Assembly: GCA_963837955.1 (NCBI GenBank)
Contig: CAWIPH010000002.1
Span: forward strand, 1,088,001-1,152,000
Origin: an uncultured Verrucomicrobiae bacterium
GTDB taxonomy: Bacteria > Verrucomicrobiota > Verrucomicrobiia > Chthoniobacterales > JAFAMB01
DNA length: 64,000 bases
Direction of reading: 5' to 3'
Positions 30,194-38,777 of the stretch are shown piece after piece. The position numbers and the translations under genes were made by a program. Numbering within the stretch: the stretch's first letter is position 1; every line of letters starts with the position of its first letter. The notes beneath the pieces are model-generated. The model saw only the letters and a list, made by a program, of their open reading frames with translations, did not search any database and was not told the origin of the DNA.

Positions 30194-30706
30194 ATGCCAT
30201 GCATCTATCCCCGATCAATTAATCATATCGGCGTAGGCGTGAGCAATCTCGAACAAGCCATCAAGTGGTATCGCGAGGTGTTCGGCTTCACTCTTCTCCG
30301 TGAGCCCTTTGAGGTGCGTGCTGGTGATGGTTCTTATTCGGGACGACAAGCTGCTAACGTTTTAGGGAACCAATTCCGTCATATGCGGATGGCCCATTTG
30401 GCGAGTGCAAACGGAGTGGGAATCGAGCTATTTCAATTATTAGATCCCCCGCACGAACGGCGAACGACTCCACTCGAATTTTGGAAGAACGGATTTTTTC
30501 ATATTTGTGTCACCGATCCCGATGTCGAAACGGCGGTCGCTCGCATTGTAGAGAATGGGGGAAAACAGCTGTCTGACATTTGGGCGGTGGAACCCCAATC
30601 CAAGGAACATAAGATTTGCTATTGCGAAGATATATTCGGAAATATTATCGAAATTTATTCGCATAACTACGAGCAGATGTACGGGGGCATTTCTGGTCAT
30701 GATTAG
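30194..30706 (+). CDS. VOC/glyoxalase family protein
   Basis: INHIGVGVSNL, GIELFQ, GFFHICVTDPD, YCEDIFGNIIEIY, giving H/E/H/E metal ligands. Confidence 0.88.
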   Translation: MPCIYPRSINHIGVGVSNLEQAIKWYREVFGFTLLREPFEVRAGDGSYSGRQAANVLGNQFRHMRMAHLASANGVGIELFQLLDPPHERRTTPLEFWKNGFFHICVTDPDVETAVARIVENGGKQLSDIWAVEPQSKEHKICYCEDIFGNIIEIYSHNYEQMYGGISGHD

Positions 30707-31724
30707 CTTCGCACTTTTTGGGGCTGGTCGGATTGGCCAGGTTCACGCTTACAATCTTAAAGCCAGCCACAAAGGCTGTCTCAAGTATGTGATCGACGTA
30801 AATGAACAAGCTGCAACCGAACTCGCAGACAACCTTGGCGCAAAAGTGGTGTCGTCCGAAGCTGGCCTCGCGGATCCCGAAGTAGAGGCAGTCATTATCG
30901 CCAGCGCTACCAATACCCATGCCGAGCTGATTCAGGCATCAGCCAAGGCGGGTAAGGCAATATTTTGCGAAAAGCCTCTGGACACGGATGTCGCTCGATC
31001 GCGCGCTGCTCTGGACGTAGTGGAGCAAAACGGCGTTCCCTTTTTCTTAGCATTTAACCGCAGATTCGATCCGGAATATGACGCTCTACGTCGCGCGTTG
31101 GTTTCAGGGGTGATTGGCAAGCCGGAACTTATCTTGATCACGAGCAGGGATCCCGAACCGCCACCACAGGAGTATCTCCTTTCGTCAGGATCGATCTTTC
31201 GCCATATGACGATCCACGAAATTGATGTGTTCCGTTGGTTGACAGGCGAGGAACCGGTCGAAGTATACGCAATAGGCAGTTCTTTTGTCTTTCCGGAGCT
31301 TTCGAATGGACCTGACACAACGGTGGTTACATTGAAGAGCAGTTCCGGCGTGATCGGAGTTATCAACAATGTCCTTCGCTCATCATTTGGATACGATCAA
31401 CGCTTGGAGGTTCAGGGCGAGCGCGGGATGCTTCAGGTACAGAACCGCGAGAGCTCGAAGCTGGTGGTTTCGGACCGCAGCGGTGTTCGATCAGCGGGAC
31501 CTCAGAATTCCTTTATCCAGCGATTTGCTGATGCGTATAAAATCGAGCTCAACGTATTCATATCAAATCTCTCCTCGGGTAAGCCGATGCAACCGGACGG
31601 CCTGGATGGGCTACGGGCTTCGCTTATCGCCGAATGCATAGAGCGAGCGTACCAAACCGGGACCTCGGTACCGGTCTTAAACGACTATTCCAACTCATCC
31701 CAAACAGTCATCCTCGACCGGTGA
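30699..31724 (+). CDS. iolG: Inositol 2-dehydrogenase-like Gfo/Idh/MocA oxidoreductase
   Basis: FGAGRIGQVH, IFCEKP, FNRRFDP, ITSRDP, HMTIHEID, FGYDQRLEV. Confidence 0.8.
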   Translation: MISFALFGAGRIGQVHAYNLKASHKGCLKYVIDVNEQAATELADNLGAKVVSSEAGLADPEVEAVIIASATNTHAELIQASAKAGKAIFCEKPLDTDVARSRAALDVVEQNGVPFFLAFNRRFDPEYDALRRALVSGVIGKPELILITSRDPEPPPQEYLLSSGSIFRHMTIHEIDVFRWLTGEEPVEVYAIGSSFVFPELSNGPDTTVVTLKSSSGVIGVINNVLRSSFGYDQRLEVQGERGMLQVQNRESSKLVVSDRSGVRSAGPQNSFIQRFADAYKIELNVFISNLSSGKPMQPDGLDGLRASLIAECIERAYQTGTSVPVLNDYSNSSQTVILDR

Positions 31725-31817
31725 GATGGCCAGCACGGATAATACTGTTGGTTGCACATTTCCTGTAAGGTATTCTATCGATAACAGCGCGATACGACCA
31801 ACCCCGTTTACTCTTGA

Positions 31818-32612
31818 ATGAATCTTCCTAAGATCGCCATCTCCCAGCGTCCGCCGGCAGCTCAGCAAATTGCTCACCAATTGTTGGAATATTTCGTCTC
31901 CGGCAAGGTAACCCCTGGCGATCGACTTCCTTCAGAGCGACAACTGGCGGAAAAACTTGGTGTTAGCCGTTCGATCGTCCGCGAAGCACTTAAATCATTG
32001 GGCATGTTGTCCCTGATAAAGGTCAAGCCGGGTGGTGGTTATTATTTGCAAGACGTCCCCTCTAATCTCCTCCCAAGCTCAGTTGAGTGGGGACTCCTTT
32101 TGGGAGAGCGCCACACGGAAGATTTGGTTGAGGCCCGCGGCTTTGTCGAAGTCGCTGTTGCCCGTTTAGCTGCCGAGCGCCGGGATGAGAGAGCCTTGAA
32201 CCGACTCCTGGATCTGCTGGCTCAGATGAAGGCAGCTCGAAATGATCCCAAGAAATTTGTCGAAGCTGATATCGCGTTTCACATCACGTTGGGCGAAGCC
32301 TGCCAGAACTCGGCTTTCCGAGATATTCTCTCCGGAATGCGCAGTCTTCTGGATGTATGGGTGCGCCGTAGCGTTTACGCGGCCGAAGATTTGGGACCGC
32401 GGTACCGGAAACATTTGGTCATTTTTGAGGCCATAAAGAAGCGCGACCCAGAAGCGGCCGCGCAAGCCATGGCAGACCATATGGCTTCCGCGAGTAAACA
32501 TCTTCACGAAACTCTGTCGAACAAAACTCGATCCGACGGAGCATCCTCGTCGGCGAGGGGATTTGAGCAGCTTCAGCAGCGCAAAAACGTTATTGCCGAG
32601 ATAAAGAAATAG
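31818..32612 (+). CDS. GntR/FadR-family regulator
   Basis: PGDRLPSERQLAEKLGVSRSIVREAL and an FCD domain (ADIAFH..N..H..I). Confidence 0.93.
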   Translation: MNLPKIAISQRPPAAQQIAHQLLEYFVSGKVTPGDRLPSERQLAEKLGVSRSIVREALKSLGMLSLIKVKPGGGYYLQDVPSNLLPSSVEWGLLLGERHTEDLVEARGFVEVAVARLAAERRDERALNRLLDLLAQMKAARNDPKKFVEADIAFHITLGEACQNSAFRDILSGMRSLLDVWVRRSVYAAEDLGPRYRKHLVIFEAIKKRDPEAAAQAMADHMASASKHLHETLSNKTRSDGASSSARGFEQLQQRKNVIAEIKK

Positions 32613-32652
32613 GTTGGGCTAGATAGCAAATCTCTCAGAGTTTTTGATCGGT

Positions 32653-33777
32653 TCAGGCTAGTTCGACCCATTTCCCATCGCGAGCGGACTCGGCAAATCC
32701 ATGGATGACCCGCTCAATCAGAATACCGTCACCAAATGTCGGGAATGGCCGCTCTCTACCTGCGATAGCGTTCAGCAGATGAGCTACCTCGATGGTCTTC
32801 AGATCGTTAAACCCGAGACTGTGTCCCGGTGCTTGGCAGAACAAGCCATAGGGCGGATGCTCCGGTCCGATCAGAATTCGGCGAAACCCAACGATATCGC
32901 TGCGTTCCCCCGCTACATACAGTTCCAGCTCGTTCATCCGTTCCTGATCGAAAACAATCGTTCCATTGGAGCCATGCAGCTCCAAACGAATCCCATTCTT
33001 TCGACCATGAGCGATCCGACTGGACGCCAATACGCCGCAGACCCCGCTCCGAAATCGAACCAGAGCATGCGAAACGTCATCATTCTCCACTTGGCGCCGG
33101 ATTGCAGAGCCGCTACTCCGTGGGCGGGTTTGATGCACGGTCTGAGCTAGCGCGGTCAGACTGGCGATCGGTCCCAACAGAAGATGCGCAATCGAAATAA
33201 GGTGGCACGTAATATCGCCGAGCACACCAAGGCCGGCGTTCTCCCGACACAATCTCCAGCTCCAGGGCAAATTAGGATCAGCGACATAGTCTTCGTCGAT
33301 AAATCCTCGAAAATCGAAAACCCTGCCAATCATCCCTTCTTCCAGGAGCCGCTTAGCCGCAGACAGGGCTGGATTCTTTGCAAACGAATAGCCAAGAAGA
33401 GTGATCCGGTCGGACTTGTCGGCTGTATTGGCCATCGCCTCCGCGTCGGCTAGCGAATTGGCCATCGGCTTCTCGCAATAGACGTGTTTACCAGCTACGA
33501 GTGCTGCCACCGCTATCTCCCGATGTAAATGGTTAGGCGTGGTGATTGCCACAACCTCCACCGAAGGATCGCTCACGAGCGTCCGCCAGTCTGTTGTCCA
33601 CCGTTCAAACCCGAACTCCTCTGCCTTGGCTTGAGTCCGCTCAGCGTCCACGTCGCATAACAGGCGAAGTTTTGGCCGCACGATATCGCCAAATACGCTG
33701 GAGACAGAATTGAATGCGATGGCGTGAGCTTTGCCCATGAATCCGGTTCCGATGAGTCCGACTCCGATAGTTGGCAT
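32653..33777 (-). CDS. Gfo/Idh/MocA oxidoreductase (second cyclitol/sugar dehydrogenase)
   Basis: GLIGTGFMGKAH, TTPNHLH, HVYCEKP, EDYVADP..WSWR, LGDITCH, PGHSLGFNDLK. Confidence 0.9.
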   Translation of the reverse strand: MPTIGVGLIGTGFMGKAHAIAFNSVSSVFGDIVRPKLRLLCDVDAERTQAKAEEFGFERWTTDWRTLVSDPSVEVVAITTPNHLHREIAVAALVAGKHVYCEKPMANSLADAEAMANTADKSDRITLLGYSFAKNPALSAAKRLLEEGMIGRVFDFRGFIDEDYVADPNLPWSWRLCRENAGLGVLGDITCHLISIAHLLLGPIASLTALAQTVHQTRPRSSGSAIRRQVENDDVSHALVRFRSGVCGVLASSRIAHGRKNGIRLELHGSNGTIVFDQERMNELELYVAGERSDIVGFRRILIGPEHPPYGLFCQAPGHSLGFNDLKTIEVAHLLNAIAGRERPFPTFGDGILIERVIHGFAESARDGKWVELA

Positions 33778-33848
33778 ATTAGGAAAGTTAAAGGACAAAC
33801 AACGAGGAGGGTTTGTTGATAGACGTTCTAGGAGGAATAACAAAGACT

Positions 33849-33861
33849 TTGGTCAACCAGT
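33849..33861. promoter_or_regulatory. GntR/FadR-type operator upstream of the second dehydrogenase
   Basis: TTGGTCAACCAGT matches the TGGTCRACCA core at 27379-27388. Confidence 0.6.
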
Positions 33862-33979
33862 TGTCCACTTTCTTTTCCTCGTAACATTGTACGTTACCCC
33901 CCTCGACTGCGGCGCAGCCGTCGGAAACCAAGGATTTCGACTTTGGCTGATTTTTCAGGGTGATAGCTTTTTGCTCTAG

Positions 33980-34053
33980 AGGAACGCGCACGCTACTCGA
34001 ACCCGTTCACCGGCCTTGAGAGGGCGTGTCCTGACCGACTAGACGAACGCTCC
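33980..34053 (-). tRNA. Degenerate tRNA-Glu(CTC), probable pseudogene
   Basis: Minus strand reads GGAGCGT TC GTC TAGTCGGTCAG GAC A CGCC CTCTCAA GGCCG GTGA ACGGG TTCGAGT AGCGT GC GCGTTCC. The Glu-type D-arm, CTC anticodon loop and TTCGA loop are present; the anticodon stem and 3' T-stem are imperfect; no CCA. Confidence 0.65.
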
Positions 34054-34134
34054 AGAGGAGAACGAATGTATCGCGCGGGCATCGCGTGAAGCACCGGCTG
34101 TTCGCCACAACGGAGAGCGTCAAAAAGTCGGGGG

Positions 34135-35557
34135 TCAAGCCGCCTTGCGGTCTTGCTCCTGCGTTTGTGGTTGCGGCCTGAATTTCGGATACCAACGGCG
34201 GAATAGGTCGTCCAGATCCTCGTTGAGGACCCTCGTCCTGGTCTGCAGCAAAAGATGGGCCCCCCGTAGCGTCCACTGCATCTGCTGCTTCTTGACGAAT
34301 CGTCTGCTGACCACTTGGTTGATCGTCGACTCCACGAATGCCGTGCTGATCGTTTCCCCTTGACGTCGACGCTCGCCGAAGTTCGGGATGAACTCGCGGT
34401 TATTGCAGATGTATGTTTCAAACTCACTGAGGCCGTCGGACGACCTTCTTCGCAGCGTTCGAACGGGCCTGAATGAAACTCAACTCCACTAACAAGTCGC
34501 CCAGCCGCTCGAGGGCTTCCTCGGTGTTCCCGTGCCACAGCAGATGCTTGACGCTCTCCAGCCGCTTCGATACATCAGCGCCCGTCTCTGGCCGCTCCTC
34601 CTGCAATGCCTTTGTCTGCTGCTGCAACACCGTCAGCCGCATGGTGATGTGAAACCAATCGATCAGATGCTCGCTAAACGGATGCAGATACTCTTGCACC
34701 CGGCGGACATTCTCACCGCCATCCGACATGAACACCACCTGCTGATTCTCTTGCATCCCTTGCGACTTCATCAGCTCCCATAATCGCCGTCGCGGTTTCT
34801 CGTCGTAGGTTTGAACAAACCCGAAACACTTCGCCGAGGGTACTTCGCCCTCATCCTCCCGCCGAAAAGCGACGACGCTTTTGCCCGCGATCACTTCGAA
34901 CCATCCCTGCTTGTGCGCCGCCCGAACGTAACCGCCATCGATGCCCACCGTGATCGGACCATCGGGTAGAGGCTGTCGTTCCCACTCCTGTTCCGAGCCC
35001 TCGAACCGATTAAGTTGGCGCTCCTCACCCAACTCCTGCTCGATGCGTTCGGCCGTCAGTTGCAGGTGGTTTCGGACGGTCTCCGCATTCACCAAATCAC
35101 CGACCGGCAACACTTCCTTCAGCAAATCCGCCGCTCTTGCAAACGGGATCAAGGACGCCCACTTCGTCTCCAGATACAGCATTTCTGGACTGGTTTGCCC
35201 ATTGAGCCAGGTTCTCATTGGACGGAACGTCTGGGGGCCCTCCGTCTGGCAGGCGCATCGGTTCCATCGCGGATTGGGCACCTCAACTCGGCCGAATACC
35301 GTGCTAACCGGGGTGCTGCCGGAGTCCTTGGTCGTGTACCGCCTGCGGCAGTGTGGACACGCACGTCGTTGCTCCAGATTTTCGCGTACCTGTTGCGCGA
35401 CTACAAAATCCTGCACGTCTGCCAACAGCGCTTTGCCCTCGGTCAAATTCATGCCAAGCGTTTCCATCACCAGTTCCCGCCGCTCGATCGTCAGGACCTG
35501 CCGACGTTGTTCGTCGCCGTCGGCGTTTAGGCAAACGACCTCCACCCGGACCTTCAT
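34135..35557 (-). pseudogene. ISKra4-family transposase, frameshifted near 34440
   Basis: CPHC, TVFGRVEV, VGIDGGYV, SDGG, DWFHITMR. After a +1 shift it continues YICNNREFIPNFGER..ISTAFVESTINQVVSRRF. Confidence 0.88.
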
Positions 35558-36222
35558 GGCCGCAACCTCCAGCGCTGTGCCAACTCACTCAAACGCGCGT
35601 TGGCCTCTTTCAGGCTGAACCGATCAGGTTGCAGAGGTCCGAGTTCGTGCAGTCTTCGATCGATGCTCTGAAAGCCCTCGTCCAGCACGGTGCGGAGCAG
35701 ATCCCAGGTCCGTGCCGCTTGACCCGGGCAGGCCTCGGCCAACATCTGAACACCAGCCTCCAGCCGTACGGGATCGGACATTGCGGCACCCTCTCGTTGC
35801 CGCTTCAGCATTAGGCGGTAGCCGGTTGGACCTCCGCAAAACTCCGGGGGCGCAGCGCCGCGGCCGCCCACACAGACCCGCGCGTGGTCGCCTTCGACCC
35901 CCTCCTGAATATCCAAGACGCGAACGTCCCACTCCCACATATGCAGGGTGTCGCAGACGTAGAGGAACTTTTCCTGCCGGTGCAGCTTGAACTCGTGCAG
36001 TGCTTTCGACCGCGTCTTCCGCCGGAAGCTGTTGAACTCCTGACCGTGCACACGAATGATGTAGCCCAGATCGCCGTTCCACCCGAGGATAATGCGGAAC
36101 ACGTCGTGGAATTCGGGGAGCGGCATGTGATCGGAGACCGAGACCAGGCGGATGACCATCGGGCTCACTTGGCGCAGAACCGCTCGCAGAATCAAGCGTT
36201 TGAACGAGACTGTTTTAGGCAT
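35554..36222 (-). CDS. pRiA4b ORF3 / IS1096 TnpR-like passenger protein
   Basis: PMVIRLVSV..LPEFH..ILGW, FLYVCD..WEWDV, CVGGRGAAPPEFCGGPTGY; ATGA overlap with the transposase. Confidence 0.85.
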   Translation of the reverse strand: MPKTVSFKRLILRAVLRQVSPMVIRLVSVSDHMPLPEFHDVFRIILGWNGDLGYIIRVHGQEFNSFRRKTRSKALHEFKLHRQEKFLYVCDTLHMWEWDVRVLDIQEGVEGDHARVCVGGRGAAPPEFCGGPTGYRLMLKRQREGAAMSDPVRLEAGVQMLAEACPGQAARTWDLLRTVLDEGFQSIDRRLHELGPLQPDRFSLKEANARLSELAQRWRLRP

Positions 36223-36383
36223 CTCTCCAGACTACTCGGATCGCCCGACCCCCGACTTTTTGACGCCTCTCCTGCCTAGCAAGGCTTGATCGGTGTGCCT
36301 GCCTCTCCACAGCTCGCTGGAACCCTGGTTGGACAAAAGCTAGCGCCCGGTGAGCTGGAGCTCTTAAAGTGAGCAAACAACCC

Positions 36384-37067
36384 ATGAAAGCAAAATTCAA
36401 AAGAGTTGCCATCGCAAGAATCGCGGCTTCCGCCTTTCTCTTTGGTGCCCTCGCAAGTTCCTTCGCCGCCGGACCATCGAACGTGAGTCCCAAGGAAGCG
36501 ATCAAACGCCTCATGCAAGGCAACGCCCGTTTCGTCTTCGGCCACATGACCCACGTTGCTCCTGGACACGTCGCCGAAGCCCGCCGCGCGGTCGCAAAAA
36601 GCCAAAGGCCTTTCGCGATCATTGTCGGCTGCTCGGATTCTCGCGTTGGGCCCGAGATCGTATTCGACCAGGGTCTCGGCGATATCTTTGTCGTCCGCAC
36701 CGCCGGAGAGGTGGTGGACGCTACGGTCTTGGGCAGCATTGAATACGCTGTCGAGCACCTCGGTAGCTCTTTGATTGTAGTCCTCGGTCACGAGCGTTGC
36801 GGCGCGGTCTCGGCGGCCGTGGCCAGCGCCAAAGAACCCGGACACATTGCGGCCATGTTAAAGGCCATCGAGCCCGCAGTCGAAAAGACTAAAGGCAAAC
36901 CAGGCGATCCGATCGAAAATGCCGTGCGCGCTCAAGCGATCGACGTTGCCAAACAATTGCACGACGCTAAACCAATCCTGGCAGAGCGGGTGCATTCCGG
37001 GAAACTCAAGATCGTCGCGGCGCGCTACGACCTAGAGACTGGCAAGGTCGAATTCCTTCCTTTTTGA
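36384..37067 (+). CDS. Secreted beta-class carbonic anhydrase
   Basis: Signal peptide, LMQGNARF, GCSDSRV, RTAG, SIEYAV, LGHERCGAV. Confidence 0.93.
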   Translation: MKAKFKRVAIARIAASAFLFGALASSFAAGPSNVSPKEAIKRLMQGNARFVFGHMTHVAPGHVAEARRAVAKSQRPFAIIVGCSDSRVGPEIVFDQGLGDIFVVRTAGEVVDATVLGSIEYAVEHLGSSLIVVLGHERCGAVSAAVASAKEPGHIAAMLKAIEPAVEKTKGKPGDPIENAVRAQAIDVAKQLHDAKPILAERVHSGKLKIVAARYDLETGKVEFLPF

Positions 37068-37700
37068 CGACGCTTTTGCAGAGATCCGCTGACACCATAA
37101 ACTGAAAATTACTTTTCCTCATGCACCGCCCTCAATTTGACCGTTGCCACTGCCGTTCTGAAAGCGTGTCTCTAAGGCTGGGGTCCGGTATTTTTTCTGA
37201 GCATAATTCCGATCGTCGCCACGCCGCACACTGGAATAATCCCGGATGTTGAGGGCCGTGCATTGGGCCTTCACTCCGCAAAGGTAAGCCCGTGCGCTTA
37301 AGCTTTCTGTATCGATCATCGAACAACCTGGTTTGTTTGACCTCATTTATCGTGGAATAATTCGCCTCTAACAAATTTTTCAAAAAATGAGGATCACGCC
37401 GCTCCAGAGGAGTAACAGCATGTGTGTATAGCGCGGATCAACCTTTTGCGAGCATCCGCAACGCGGCGTACGGACCAGCAAGCCGTGGGACGCTTGGTAT
37501 CGCTCATTGGCGTTGGTGGGATGACAGGTTGTGGAGGGGAGCGCGGATCATCGCCATCCCGGTGAAAATCATCGCGGCGGAAACTCTGTTTTTGGCGATT
37601 CGCGAACATCGCTTCGGTTGCGAGCGAGAGAAACGCCCTCCAAGGCTTGGTCGTTGACATTTTCGAGGGAGCACACGTAAACGTAACATTGCGTTTGGGC

Positions 37701-38660
37701 ATGATGGAATCTGCCAATCTCACATCCCATTTTGACCGCTTTCTTGGACCAATCCGTTCCTTGTTTGCCGGGATGTTGGCGGCGACGGCGCTCGGGGCGA
37801 CATGTCTGAGCGCGGCGGATGTCGAGCCAAGGGCGTACTCAAACATTCCGACCGGGATCAATTTTCTCATTGTCGGCTATGCGTACAGCGAAGGTAACGT
37901 GACATTCGATCCGTCGGTACCGATCACGAATGGTAAACTGACGACAGATAGCTCGGTCCTCGCGTATGCCCGGTCCCTCGATCTCTGGGGCAAGTCCGGG
38001 AAGTTAGATATTATCATTCCCGAGGTTTGGCTCTCGGGCACCGCGAAAGTCCAAGGACAAACCAGGAGCAGAGCCGTCTTCGGTCTTGCCGACCCAATTT
38101 TCCGCTTCTATGTGAACCTCTTTGGCGCCCCGACGCTCTCACTAAAAGAGTTCACTGGATACAAGCAAGACACTATCATCGGTGTGAGCCTCGCGCTGTC
38201 GGCTCCGGTCGGACAATACGATTCGCAAAAGCTCGTGAACATCGGCACCAACCGGTGGTCTTTCAAGCCGGAGATCGGTATCTCCAAGGTATTTGGCCCG
38301 TTGACAGTCGAGCTAGCGGCTGGTGCATATTTTTTTACTGATAACAACCAGCCTTTTCGAGGCAACAACCTACAGCAGGCTCCAATTTACGCCGTGCAGG
38401 GGCACCTCATCCATAGTTTTGGCCGAGGCATTTGGGGTGCACTTGACGCTATCTATTACGTCGGCGGCCAAACGACGCAAGACGGTGTGACAAGTGACAA
38501 TTCGCAAGAGAGTTGGCGTTTCGGCGCTACCTTCACGTTTCCCTTTGATCGGAAAAACTCGGTAAAGCTTTACGGTAATACCGGCGTTTATTCACGAACC
38601 CGGAGCAACTTCAACGTGATCGGCATCTCCTGGCAGTACAGCTGGGGCGCAGGTCTGTAA
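37701..38660 (+). CDS. Outer-membrane beta-barrel 'transporter' (MetA-pathway/CopB-like family)
   Basis: EPRAYSNIP, NLFGAP, APVGQYD..LVNIGTNRWSFKPEIG, and a terminal amphipathic strand GISWQYSW. Start uncertain. Confidence 0.75.
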   Translation: MMESANLTSHFDRFLGPIRSLFAGMLAATALGATCLSAADVEPRAYSNIPTGINFLIVGYAYSEGNVTFDPSVPITNGKLTTDSSVLAYARSLDLWGKSGKLDIIIPEVWLSGTAKVQGQTRSRAVFGLADPIFRFYVNLFGAPTLSLKEFTGYKQDTIIGVSLALSAPVGQYDSQKLVNIGTNRWSFKPEIGISKVFGPLTVELAAGAYFFTDNNQPFRGNNLQQAPIYAVQGHLIHSFGRGIWGALDAIYYVGGQTTQDGVTSDNSQESWRFGATFTFPFDRKNSVKLYGNTGVYSRTRSNFNVIGISWQYSWGAGL

Positions 38661-38777
38661 GAGCCGCGTTTTAGTGGGAGGGATTTGTCGGAACACAATC
38701 TTGAGCTTCCCTCGGAATGGACTCGCTCGGCAGCGCGTTTTCGCAACATCGGTCACCTACTCAGGAATTATTTTGCT

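Larger units (their letters stand above)
34112..36272 (-). mobile_element. ISKra4-family insertion sequence with passenger gene
   Basis: Terminal inverted repeats GGAGA(G)GCGTCAAAAAGTCGGGGGTC at 34112-34136 and 36247-36272 differ by one G. The transposase stop abuts the IR. No target duplication seen. Confidence 0.88.
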
